Below, one piece after another: positions 52,601 through 64,000 of a stretch of 64,000 bases of DNA. A program made the translations under genes and the position numbers. The notes beneath the pieces are model-generated. The model saw only the letters and a list, made by a program, of their open reading frames with translations, had not been told where the DNA came from and ran no database searches. Within the stretch, counting starts at the first letter, position 1. Each line of letters starts with the position of its first letter. Source of the DNA: Macrostomum hystrix (taxonomy: Eukaryota; Animalia; Platyhelminthes); contig CATNEN010000011.1 in NCBI GenBank assembly GCA_950097015.1, forward strand, positions 2,728,001 to 2,792,000. The letters run 5' to 3'.

Positions 52601-55155
52601 ATCCAATCAGGTGGACAGTAACTAATAACAGCTGGGCTACTTGGCGAAACTTTGCCACTATCTTGGGGCATTTCGCTAACTATTGTTTTGCAAACAGCTG
52701 GTAATGGATTCACACAATTTTGAACGTACCACCGACCGGAGATTGGCATGCTTAGCGACGACGCTAAGGACGTAGATGGCGCTGCAGAGGTCATTAAGGC
52801 GGTGCATTGGCCGAAAATCTGTGATTCTCTAGAATCAAAGTTCACATATTGAACCGGTTTACCATCTGTCCAGGTTGTCAGCTGATCAGGCACCTGGCTC
52901 AGGGCTTCGTTTAAGCCGATCCAAATTAATTCGCTTGCTGAAGCTAGCTTACGCAAGTATTCATTCTCTTCTGTAGATTCAATGGAAGCCAAGCTGCTTC
53001 GATTACCATTAGAGCCGTTTCGACAGGCGGCTAAAGCGTCAAACCAAGGTAACGGATTCGTAATTAACCGATACGAGTAGCATCGTTTGCCGTCCTCTGA
53101 GAGGCGCTGTAAAGACACACTTTTACAAGACTGCGAGAAGCTGGGCTTTGCTGTGACGGGAACAGAGTTAGGTACCGTAGAAGAAGACACTATTAAAGAC
53201 AAAGTAGTGGCAGTCGTTGCGACGGCTTTTGAAGTTAGCACAGGCTCTAGACTTGGCTCAATCTGGCACATAGCATACCGCTTTTGAGTACCGCACTGAG
53301 TAGTTAGTCTCCACAATAGGCCTTCATGTTTGTCATGTTGAACGTAGGCGCATTGAAATGCCGGCTGAGATCCTGAGCGATTGGTAACTACTCCAGATGG
53401 TAGGAAATCGAATAACGTGGAATCGGTCCATTCTGGATATAACAGGCCAGATGAGCGGCGTACACTAAAGCCTAACCAGGCTTCCACAGTATTTTTAACT
53501 TCGGCTTTAAATAATAACCGCTTAGCAATCACGCTATCTATGCTAGAGTGCAAGCTTGCAAGAGATGCCGATGGAGACAAGATTTGACAGGCAGTTTTAG
53601 CATTGCGCCAATCTGAAGTAGTGGGCGATAATTTTAAGCAACGTTTTTTGTCATGAGACAAAATCCAATCCTTTTGGCAGGTGGGAAATAACGACTTAGA
53701 TGCATCTGACTTTGTCTTAATTTCAATATTTTGTTCTGGAGTACGACAAGCTGGCAAAAGATCAGCGCAAGCAGGCTTAGTAGTCAAACCGCCGTTGCCA
53801 GATGACAAGGCTAAACAGACACCGTTAGACACGGGTAAGCTGTCGGGTAATTCGAGCCAGCCGGCATGAAATGGAACGACATTATTAAGCGCATAATGGC
53901 GCTGTCGCTTACTGCTCTGGACTCCCAGTAAAGATACAAAAGCCAATTCAGCGGGTCTGTCAATCCATAGTGAGCTAGCGTTCTGATACGCGAAGCACCA
54001 ATCTGAAGCTGACGAGTTGCCTATAGCAGTGCTTCCTAGATAGTAGCACGAGGAATCATACGCTGTAAATCCAGGAGTACAATTAACCGAACCACTGACA
54101 AATTTAGCTGAATCAGAAGTTACTGGAATTGTAGCACTCTCGCTAGTTCGAGCCTCGCATAGGGTACGCAAATTAGTCGAATTCGAATGACAAGCTAGAC
54201 TGTTCCACATAGCTGTACCATTGCCGATAGCTACGCAATTATCTCCAGACTTTGGCTCATCGCCCGACCACGATGTCATCAAAACCGACACATTTTCAGC
54301 TTGATCATTCCATGACCAACCCTGATCATTGACAAAGCGCAAACCAATGACAAGTTGATATCGATCGGCTAAAATGGTAGCCACCTGTTGAGCAGTCCAA
54401 TCGATAATAGCTGCAGGCCTATAACTAGGTGCTAGTTTATTGCAAGCATGATCGGCATTTCCCTCGATAACAACATAGCAACGGTTAGAGATGTAATGCA
54501 CAGTTGCAGTAGATGAAATATTTGCAGAAATCTTAGGACAAAAGCCGCCAGTCATTTTTACAGTTGCAGCCGGCAGAGATGGCACAAAAGATTGTCGGGC
54601 GCAGAGAGCGCGACGCACTTTATTTCCCGAATTTTCGAAATTCAATCGCAGAGTTCGAGTTGCAACTGGAATGCTGCCGTCAAGCTTCCCAGTACTATGA
54701 TTGTTTTTAGTATCGAGCGTTAAGCTTAGATATCCAACCTCTACCACAGTAGAAGCTGATGATTTTGGTGCAACAGGAAGTAATGAATGACTGCCATCAA
54801 TATAAGCGTCATTTAGCCACACAATTTGTTTGTCAATAGGACTGCGACTAGCAGCAATCCAGAAGGTGTCACTATTATTCACATCAGCGGTGTTTTTATT
54901 TAAAACTTCCTCTAGCTGTTTAGAAAATAGGAAATCTCTTAAAACAATCATATGATAGTCCTTATTTCCAAGACTGCGACATTTCTCTTCAGCTTGCGAA
55001 TAGTTGCCATGAAAGGGCTTTGACAACAATACACAGTCTCCAGTGGGGCCAACTGCAAGCCAGCCATCAGGGCATGGCACAAACTGAGTAGTTACAGCAC
55101 TCAATGCTGCACTCATAGAAGCAAAAATCAGGGCAAGGCGAAAAGGATTGACCAT
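49671..55155 (-). CDS. Type I membrane receptor with ~7 C-type lectin-like domains, a membrane-proximal kringle, TM helix and FxNPxY tail (mannose-receptor-like); 3 exons, ~1353 aa
   Basis: Exons 55155-52048, 51428-50877, 50072-49671, joined in phase 0. Signal peptide; repeated CxxxW...CY...A...C...LASI...WIGL...W...C...C units; kringle cysteines in CYSASNRYAG..TISGHKCVRWD / YCRS / PACF / EYCNVPVC; TM LGVLTAIVLVSACGVAVVGVLGFCIW; cytoplasmic FHNPIY. Confidence 0.9.
50094..50765. repeat. Minisatellite, 41-bp unit AACAATCCACTGATCAGCTGATCAATCTGATGCTTTTGTTC, in lectin-receptor intron 2
   Basis: About 16 copies; each contains the palindrome TGATCAGCTGATCA. Confidence 0.97.
51445..51800. repeat. 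Minisatellite, ~20-bp unit GAGTTCGGGGAGAACAGAAT, in lectin-receptor intron 1
   Basis: About 17 copies abutting the acceptor at 51429. Confidence 0.93.
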
Positions 55156-56769
55156 AGCCTATGATTCCTGGCAGTTTTATTTATACAAAAACTTAGCTTC
55201 ACTTTTACCTGGCTTCCTTTTATATTTTAATCTTTAGTTTTTTAGAATTTCACCTGAAATGAGATTACAAAGGTAATATGACATTAGTATTATTTAATTA
55301 TATATTAATAAATAAAAATAAAAATAATGTCATGCACACTAACCAGAAGAGGACCAAAGGGGGGAGAGAATCAAATTGTGTGAATTAATGCAAGAAATTA
55401 GATAAAATACATTAGATAAAATAAAAAGCTCAAATATTTTTTAATTTTAGTACTTCAAATGATAGCTAAATACATAGTAAGCATTTTACCACAATGTCAA
55501 ACTCGAAAATAGCTGTTTAAAATTGTAAAACTACGAAATTGTGCAATTAAAATAAATAAGGCTTGCTTGACTAGAAAACTATTTTATAGCTATGAATACT
55601 TAAAAAGTATGAGTAGAGTTCGGAAAAATACAGAATGAGTTCGGGAAGAACAAAGTGCTATGGTACTAATTAGCTATACAGATATAAACATTGATAAATT
55701 CACAATTCATTGATTACAAGTCATTGTAAAGGAAACTAGGCCTATTTCTTTGCTGGTAGTGCTTATGGCCACAACACTGCGAATAACTTGCTGTTGAGAA
55801 ATTGAGAAAGGAATTCTAAATAGTTAACTGGCCTGAAGTTAGGCAATAAAGTTAAAGAGATGTGACCTATGTGAGGGCAATGTGACTCTTGATTCTATAT
55901 TTATGAATTGTTCAGTTGGACACAATGGTGAGATAAGTAGACTGTGTGACTGATAGTAGGAGAGGAGGCTAGGTGAGTGGTGGACCAATCAGAAGGCAGA
56001 AAAGGATAGAGATCATGGTCAGAGGTAAGGAACCAGAGAGAATTTGAGCAAGATAAGAACAGACAGTGAAGAATGGAATGTAAGCAGACACAAATGTAGG
56101 GGAAGGAGAGATAATAGATAAGGCATGAATCACAAAACTTGTAGATTATTGCTTCAGTACCATGGCAATGGCAATAAGGCCCACTTATGGCCTATGGGCA
56201 CAAGATGGACAGATAGGCTCCTAAGTTCCCAGCAATAGAGCATTTAATTCTTTTCTAGTTCTAATTTTTATTCATTTATTTTTACAGTTTCTTTAACATA
56301 TTAGAAAAAATCCACATGTCTATAGGCTCTTTTGAAGTTTTCTTGTTTATTTGCTATTATTATTCTGTAAAATCTTATTTGTGTTGTAATGTTGTAAATT
56401 CTATTGCTTTTTAGTTGTCAATTATTGAAAATTAAAGGTCAAATTAAAAAGTTTGCTCTGTTTTAATTAGTAAAAACTGACACTTTAAAAATCTTAGCCT
56501 TGATTGTACACAAAGTTTACATATAAATATAGTAAGTACAGCTACAAATGTGCAAGAATTAGTAACAAACAAAAATTGTTTCCTTAAGTATATTCCAATG
56601 AAATATTAAAGTTCAGAGGTATATTATAATACTAGAACATTTGGTATCATCAGGTAGGCTATATTCATGTGCTTCTATGTTGAAACTGTTATATATCAAA
56701 ATAGCCACTTGTCCCACTTGACAAAAAGGCCATATAACAGAATGGACACAGGTAAAAAATGTATTTTAA

Positions 56770-57512
56770 GGGGAAGTGCCTATTCCCACAGTCCGATGCC
56801 AATAATTTCAATTTCATCCTCATGGATCCATGCCAATAATTCTTTGCCTATCTACACGTACACGGCAGCTTGTTTTGCCAATAACTTTAAGACTTAAAGC
56901 ACATATTTTACAGGAACTGTGTAGCAATTTTCAGTACTATATACAACTGGCCATACATGTTTTCCATTTCCAGAACCTACAGTACCTGTAGTAGTGCCTC
57001 TTAATTATAAGCAATGCACATATTAAATTTTGAATAATTGCTAATTTTGAATAATATGTAACGTTGCTAACAATTGCATGAGAAATAGCAAAAGATTTAG
57101 TAAGTTTTTATTACAATAATTTAAACGGACAAAATAAATTTTGGTTAGGTGCCTAATGAATGTGTAGGTTGAAATGTAGAACACTGTGTGACTGTTGTAA
57201 CACACTGGCAACTTTGTCAATCTATTGGCTCAAGGGTTCAACAAAACATTCAAACCTGAAAGGGCCTTCTTTTAGGCCTAAGCCTAGGATATATAGGAAT
57301 CATACAAGCTGCCATGTGAATAAGCAGAAAATTATCGGCACAGATCCAATGTGGATAAAATTGTAATTGACGGCACAGCATATATAAATATAAAGAGCTG
57401 TAGACCTATTCATAAAAGCTGCCGAGTGGATAATCAGAAAATTATCAGCACAGATCCATGTAGATAAAATTGAAATTATTGGCACTGGACCGTGGGAATA
57501 AGCTCTGCCATT
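56770..57512. mobile_element. TTAA-flanked non-autonomous DNA element (Kolobok-like MITE), copy 1
   Basis: Long imperfect TIRs (TATTCCCACAGTCC...GGCAGCTTG at 56770-56875; inverse at 57405-57512); TTAA at 56766-56769 and 57513-57516. The family assignment rests only on TTAA flanks and purine-initiated termini. Confidence 0.6.
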
Positions 57513-58495
57513 TTAAGGACATAAATTTCTATAGGGCCTAAGTGTTGAGAAAAAGAGCAAACTTTATAGGTTCATTTTGTTAATATTCAGAGCATGTACA
57601 CAGTACATTAGTAGCTTTTGTGTGGCCTTTACATTGTCTAGCCTAACTGGCTATTTTTCTCTGTGGCAATTTTGATATTGGTACCACATTCATAGAACAT
57701 TGCTGTTAGGCCTATGTAAAATTGATGTAGCAGTTTTGTATTGGCACAGCCACTAGGATGTCCCATTGAGAGTGGAAATTGGAACTAAAAGTTGACAAGC
57801 TTTCCATTGTACACATTGGCAGTTTACAAAGTTTCATAAATTGGTCAGCAGGCTAGGTAAAAATGTTACAAAAATGTTTAGGCCTATATTTCTTTGATTT
57901 CTCGAAATTCTCCAATTGTTCGTTTATAAAATCAGTACCATACGGCACCTGTGTGCTTCTATACGAAGTCTATAGTAATAATATATTGATCTAGCTATAC
58001 GTATAAGCGGGGCATTTCACATACTGATATGGATCACATTAGCAAACTTGTATTATCGGACAAAGATCATTGTCAGCATAGCACCTTCCATTTGCAAACT
58101 AGCTTTGCTAAGGTTATGAGCAACTAGCAGTGGCTTTTTAAGCGCATTCTAAAACACTTTTTAATTTTGCTCTGAAACCACCTATTAAACAAGTTGTCAA
58201 TATGGTTCTGTTCTGTACAGTTTTCTTCTATACTGTAAGTCTATCAATTGGTAAACATCTAGGGACAAATTTTCTGTTTTAAATCGGGAACTTTTATGGA
58301 TCAGTTTTTGTAATAGATCAGAAAAGTTAAAGTATTGTATACATCTTGAAAAATGTTTTTAAGCAGATAACATTAGAAATATGTATATGACGTAAAAAAT
58401 TAGGAGCTTTTGATAAAATGAGTATTTTTTGCCGCAACTTTTTAAGTAGGCCTACATTTTTAAAACTAGGCTAATTGTTTTATTAGCGGTTTTAA

Positions 58496-59206
58496 ATTGG
58501 CAGAGCTTATTCCCACGGTCCCGTGCCGATAATTTCAATTTTATGCACACGGATCTGTGCCGATAATTTTCTGCTTTTCCACACGGCAGCTTGTATGAAT
58601 AGGTCTAAAACTTTTTATATAAATATGCCGAGTCGTTAATTTCAATCTTATCCACACGGTTTTGTTCTTTGAAACGAGGCCCTTTCAGGTTTGAACGTTT
58701 TGTTGAACCCTCGAGCCAATAGATCGACAAATTTGCCAGTGTGTTACGACAGTGTTCTACATTTCGACCCACACATTTATTAACCGACATTAATGTCATC
58801 CTTTTTAATTATTTTAATAACAACTTACTAAATCTTTTGTCATCGTTAGTTATGTGTTTTCATTCCAATTGTATTGACTTAATAAAGTAAAGTCTATCAA
58901 ATAAAATCATACGAGTCAACCAACAGAATTCTAGTCAGCATCAGCACCAAACTAGTCACACATATTATACATCATTGTTATTCTTTTACTATTTACTTTT
59001 ACTTTTACACTATACATTGATAGTGTACACTATACACTATAGGCCTACTCTGAAGCAAAAGCCTTATGCTCAGAGAAGAATAGTTAGGGACTTGAAAGAC
59101 CTATTCATACAAGCTGCCGTGTGGATAAGCAGAAAATTATCGTCATGGATCTGTGTGGATAAAATTGTAATTATCAGCATGGGACTGTGGGAATAAGCAC
59201 TTCCTT
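58496..59206. mobile_element. TTAA-flanked MITE, copy 2, inverted relative to copy 1
   Basis: TTAA at 58492-58495 and 59207-59210; 58670-58850 is the reverse complement of ~57085-57270. Confidence 0.6.
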
Positions 59207-60439
59207 TTAAAATTACTGGCCTAATGGGTACTCTACCCAAGCCAGGTCTACTACTAGGCCTACTACTACTACTACTAATTTCTATTATGCTACTCCTTAA
59301 CTGGAACTTTGTCAAGGTTCTCTATTTTCACATGTTTCATTGTTTAAATGTGTTTGGCCCTAGGGCCTAACAATTTTTTAGCTTTAGAGAGTAAAAATAC
59401 ATATGAAGTATTTGTACTACTTCATACTTCTTACATGATTTTAAAAAATTAAATGAAATTTTATTTATCAAAGACAAAGGGCACTAAGACTTACCTCGCT
59501 CTTCCTGCCACACTGAAAATAAGGTTTAAATGAGGCCTTATGAGGCCCTGTGCCCACTATAGGGGCCTACCATGTTTTTTGTTGAACTAGGCCTAGTATC
59601 TTTTACTTCAATCTGGGTCTTTATTAGGATCATTTTACTTTCCTATCCAGTTCATGGCATTGCTTCATCTGTTTTTTTGCTGAAACAGGAAATTTATTAT
59701 GTTTTAAAAATTCTTTGACCTTGTTGTAACACCCTTTTAAGTTAAAACCATTAATAGCTTTGGTCCACTGTACGCTTTGAGGGTTTATTATGTCAAAGAT
59801 ATGTATTTATACTATTTTAAGATAATTTTATAAATTAAGTTGAGCACTACTGAATAATATTAGGAGCCTCATTTGATAATTAACTTTAATCTTCATTAAT
59901 ATATTTAATTAACCAGTTTTTGTCATTTTTGCAATGCCACAAAAACCTAGGTTTTCAATTATAGTTCTGTCTGTAGTTAGGAACTATTGCTAGGTTTATC
60001 TTGTTTGTAAGGTAATGCCTCTGATGACACAGCAAGTATGCCTTGTACATAAGGCTTGAGAGAAAAATGAAGAAAATGTCACATTTTGTCATTTGAACAA
60101 ACCTTGTCAAAACATTGTTCCATTGACAATACTTTGAGTAGGACTATATGTAGTACATATAATATATTAAAAACTAAGTTAGTATGTGAAATACTATTTA
60201 GAAACTGTTTGTCTTGCCATCATTTAGTATTTAACATAATAGTGAAGTGCTTTAAATCAGTTTTGATATAAAAATATATTACAAGTTGTTGTACAACTTT
60301 CCTTTCTTCCAATTAAGAAACAACCAAATGAATCAGTTTGTCAAATAAGTATAATTTCATTTTAAACTTAAAATTTGATTGCATTTTTATTTCAGCTTAT
60401 CATCTTATAAATTGCCAAGGCTTGACCAAATATTATAAA

Positions 60440-60941
60440 ATGAAAGTCATTAGCAACACAATTGTATTATTTATGCTGCTTTCATTATTTAGTACAACTC
60501 TTAGTGATAAAATTAATCCAGATGACAGCCAAAAACAGGAGCAAATTTGTCTGCAAGTGGAGTCAACATCGGCTGCAATCACACCAAGATTAGTTGGTGC
60601 TCATATTCTTCTAGTGCAGATCAGTGCAAAATTCGATGTTGATAAGCAACTTGCACCATATGCTACTGCCATCAGCCATGCTAGTGAGCTAGCTGGTCAA
60701 CTAATTGACTGTCGCTATTTGACACTTTCTGATGGCGAGTCTGTCTTGCTTACACCTCAGTTGACACCACAGCTTCCAGTAGCTCATCTGTTATTGGTTG
60801 GCCAGTCAGATTGGCAGCCTTTGTTACTCACTGAATCTGAGATCACCAGTGATAGATTATTGGCTAGAATAACTGAACAGCCAGCTGTAGTTCAGGATTT
60901 GGAAGATGCCAATTTTGAAGGCTTGACTCAGGCTGCAACTG
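60440..60941 (+). CDS. Secretory-pathway thioredoxin-domain protein, first coding exon; later exons not found in the window
   Basis: Signal peptide MKVISNTIVLFMLLSLFSTTLS. The exon ends VQDLEDANFEGLTQAAT-G|GTAAG, resembling the LxDxNFExLTQAxTG start of the thioredoxin fold in invertebrate TXNDC-like proteins. Acceptor TTTCAG at 60395. Confidence 0.65.
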
Positions 60942-61038
60942 GTAAGAAATAAGAAATTCAAAAACATTAAACTTCTAGTTAGACATAACAGCATTCAGTA
61001 GCTTGTATAAGATTTAGGGAATTTGAAGTATAAGGGAT

Positions 61039-61320
61039 AATAATAATAGTAATTTATTGCACCTACCCTAAAAGGGTCAGATGTGCAGCTGACAGCCAGC
61101 ACAGCTGCACACAGCAGCTTCTAAAGGCTTTGTACAGCTTTTCAGTCCATGGACTGGGGGGGATTCCACACCATTAACTAGCTGGGTGAACTGAAGCAAT
61201 GCAGCGTTCAGTGTCTTGCTAAAGGACACAAATTTGTTCCAGGGGAGTCGAAACCTCGACCTTCAATTTTGTCGTCTGATAATCTGTTAGTCTGTGGATC
61301 GAACCGTTAGGCTACAATCT
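61039..61320 (-). mobile_element. CORE-type SINE in the thioredoxin-gene intron
   Basis: Colinear with 28035-28322; (TAT)n tail at 61039-61052. Confidence 0.8.
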
Positions 61321-61499
61321 CTATTAAACATGATAAGCTGAGTTTAATAATTGAAACAATAATTTTGAATAAAACTGATGTATATTATGTATTATAACTA
61401 GTTACTAGTATATAAAGCCAAGATTAACAACTTATTGTTAGGGTCAAGGGATCATGAGATTTGTGATGCGAAGTTTCGTAAGCAAATAATCTACAATTA

Positions 61500-63000
61500 A
61501 TTTAGTGAGCTCTATTATACATTTTGTCAATTGATTTCGCAAAAAAGCCAATTGATTTCCCCATTAGCTGAAGTCGAAAGCGAGGGCCCAACCAGCCTTC
61601 TCGAACATAGATAAGTCCAAATGAATTCCCTTAAGTCCAATTGATTTCCCTCAATTCAATGTGTTTTAAGCATACTCTCCGGGGAAATCGATTGGAGTTG
61701 TTTCATTCTGTTGTCTGTGGTCGAAATCGAGGATTCATAGTTAGCCTTTGCCTACAGCGCAAATCTGGCATGTACAAGAGAACAGAGGTCATCAACCTAT
61801 GTAACAAATGAAACAAAGTAACAAAGAATGAACAAATAAACCACGTTTCGGGTCATGCGGGTCATGAAAATTATGAAGTTAGCTTTGCCGTACTTGGCGT
61901 ACGTCACTGGAAGATATCGGCATATTCGAGGCACCGCTGATAGTACACCATGACATGGTGACACCATTGGTGACACTTGTCCAGATTCAGCACGTCGATG
62001 CATCCCAACACTTCCTGTTGCAGCAGAGTCATCCGTCTCCTGTGAAGGGTAACACCTTGCTGTGCTGCCGCGGCGCGGTCTCCCATCTGCTGCTGAATGT
62101 CAGGCTGCGCGAGGTGCTGCTTCACTGCTGCTTTCAGACAACTGCCAGCGGCCTCAGCTGCATTCAGGAAAGGCGATTACGGTGGAAGATGTCGTACTTG
62201 ATGGTCATCTCGCAATCCTGGGACATTCGCATGCGCTCGGGCATTATCGCAAAGGAGAACAAATGCGCTGTCCACCAGTTGGTCTATTTCCATCAGCATT
62301 CCCTGAAACTGTGCATTTGTGAATCCACCTTCGGCAAGCTGGTAATGGACCAGCCCAAGGTCTGGCGAAATGGCGAGGCACAAGGTCAAATTCTGCCCCC
62401 TCTGGCCAGCAACAATGTGCACGGCGGGCTCGCCCATCCTTGCCCAGCCTTGCGTTCTGGCGGTCCATACATTGAAGCCAAACTCATCCAGAAAGATGCA
62501 GTGCTGTCCGTTGCCTTCGTTTAGCATCCAACTGGCATGCTGGAAGCGAGCTTCTTTGGTGATGTTCGAATTCCAATCGTCCGTGACAGTACGATGCTTT
62601 TTTAACGTAATTAGCTGCTTGTCCAGTGCACGACTGATAAGTTCAGGCCAATGGTCTCCAATGCAAGCCACCGCACTGAAAGACCACCGCGCATAATTTG
62701 CAGAGTGCAGGTGGGATTTTGTTCAACTATTGTTATCAGGTGCTCCGTCATTTCCTCATTCAGATGTTTCTTTCGATTGCCACCCTTGGCCAGACTATGA
62801 TCTCTTCCGTCTCTTTCAAATACCTCAATGATGGACCTGGTGATTCTTGGTTTAATCTGCAATTGTCTCGCCAGGAGCCTCCAGTCTTCACCTCGGACAT
62901 ACGATGAAGAGTTTTGCGTGTTGATCAGACACACGAAACTCCCACTTCTAGACAATGGGGAACAATTGCCTAGGAATTTATAACAGTCACGTGACACTTA
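61500..63000 (-). mobile_element. Decayed IS630/Tc1/mariner-superfamily transposon; ends approximate
   Basis: Transposase remnant inside; imperfect inverted repeat GCCAATTGATTTCCCCATT (~61548) versus AATGGGGAACAATTGCC (~62954). Confidence 0.6.
61904..62920 (-). pseudogene. Tc1/IS630-like DDE transposase pseudogene
   Basis: HTH-like YVRGEDWRLLARQL...GGNRKKHL...VEQNPTCTL, a frameshift near 62670, then IFLDEFGF, GQRGQNLTLCLAIS, LCDNARAH, LPP*SPFLNAAE with an in-frame TAA at the conserved Tyr. Confidence 0.88.
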
Positions 63001-63499
63001 CTGCAATTGCTTCTTCTTCCTTAAGTAGTTCGTAGTCTTCTGGGTCCTTGAAATCCGGTAGTTCTTCTTCTTCTGGTCGACCGTGAGGTTTCGAGTCTGT
63101 GTTTCTTGAGTCTTGGTAGTCTTGTCTTCTTTTGTCTTCCTGGCAGCTGCTTGAGTTTGTCTGTTGGCCAATAAATGACGAGAGCGAATCAGATTACTTT
63201 TCGGTTTCCTCGAGCTCGGAATTCACAATAGAAACGTGCGCCCTAGTGAACAATTGAAATCTTTCTTGTATATCTCTAGTAGGTCCTCCTGAAGGGCGTC
63301 TTCTTCGTTACCTCCGAAAGATAACGGATAACTCAAATCAAATCAATCAATAATCCTCTAGGAATGTATCCTAGGAAACAAGGAGGCCTTTCTCAAATGT
63401 ATCGACGATATGTGGCTCTCGTAAACTTAGTTCAATTCAACAACTATTGCTAGCAATAAATTACTCTGTCTAGTAAAGCGCTTACCACTTGTCTTTCCC

Positions 63500-63947
63500 T
63501 CAGAGATGAGTCCTCTTCTTCGTAAGGTGTTTTGAAGTCCGGTGGACCGCTCCGAGTCTGAATTTTTAGCTCGGATTTTCGCTTGTATTTATAGCAAAAC
63601 CTTGGGGAAAAACCGGTTCTACTACCGGGTGTTTACTTAGGTCACACATATTTGTTTAGTGAGTCATGATTGTGAGTTTTTACCATATTTGGAATACAGT
63701 GCAAACACAGACGCAGAACCCGATGAGTCATAATTGTTTGCTTTACCATATTTGGAATTCAAGCAAACACAGCTGTCAAGAACCGGTTCTCCGGTTTCAT
63801 GTCACATGACTGTTTCTAAAAATAGCGTATGACTCATTCCTAAAAATAGATTAAATGTTGTAGCTAAGAGTTCCTTATGGCATTACTTTAAGTAGCGCGT
63901 TAAGCAAAAAGCACATTTTACAACTCTCTACAATATCTCCCTTTTTT
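63500..63947 (-). mobile_element. Probable LTR-retrotransposon 3' LTR start (PPT plus U3); left boundary undefined
   Basis: Minus strand reads AAAAAAGGGAGATAT|TGTAG at 63947-63928 (PPT then TG), duplicated ~50-bp enhancer-like blocks, and TATAAATA at 63593-63586. No RT/integrase or second LTR in the window. Confidence 0.45.
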
Positions 63948-64000
63948 ACGAAAAATTCGTCCCGAATTTATTGTTGAGAGGAAAAGAAAATAGCATAACA

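Noticed and set aside
63000-63170. Acidic reading frame on the minus strand ending at a GTAAGT donor (EEEELPDFKDPEDYELLKEEEAIA)
   Set aside because: No ATG or convincing acceptor, bounded by a stop, and adjacent to TE remnants.

Overview
Eukaryotic (metazoan) DNA, most likely a free-living flatworm of the Macrostomum type. The taxon is an inference from GC-rich Gln/Ser-rich exons, short introns and extreme minisatellite load. I assembled seven protein-coding loci by hand from GT-AG sites and reading-frame continuity: a protocadherin 5' exon (-), a complete NDR/STK38 kinase (-, 7 exons), a complete BNIP3/NIX-family gene that the ORF track only shows in fragments (-, 5 exons), an orphan poly-Q gene (+, 4 exons), Vav (-, 4 exons), a 7xC-type-lectin + kringle type I receptor (-, 3 exons) and the first exon of a thioredoxin-domain protein (+). 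About a third of the window (roughly 21 kb, summed by eye) is 24 unrelated minisatellite arrays of 12-45 bp units. Most long ORFs in the track are translations of these arrays and are not genes. Mobile DNA: an in-frame-deleted piggyBac, a hAT MITE with 8-bp TSD, two tRNA-derived SINE families (one CORE-type), an inverted pair of TTAA-flanked MITEs, a decayed IS630/Tc1 transposon and a probable LTR end. The main structural pattern: 10 of 14 introns longer than 300 bp hold their own private minisatellite, an array follows every complete gene's stop codon, and many unrelated arrays share an ATCCC/GGGAT core. I found no CRISPR array, rRNA gene or genuine tRNA gene. Exon coordinates are manual and need RNA-seq confirmation.
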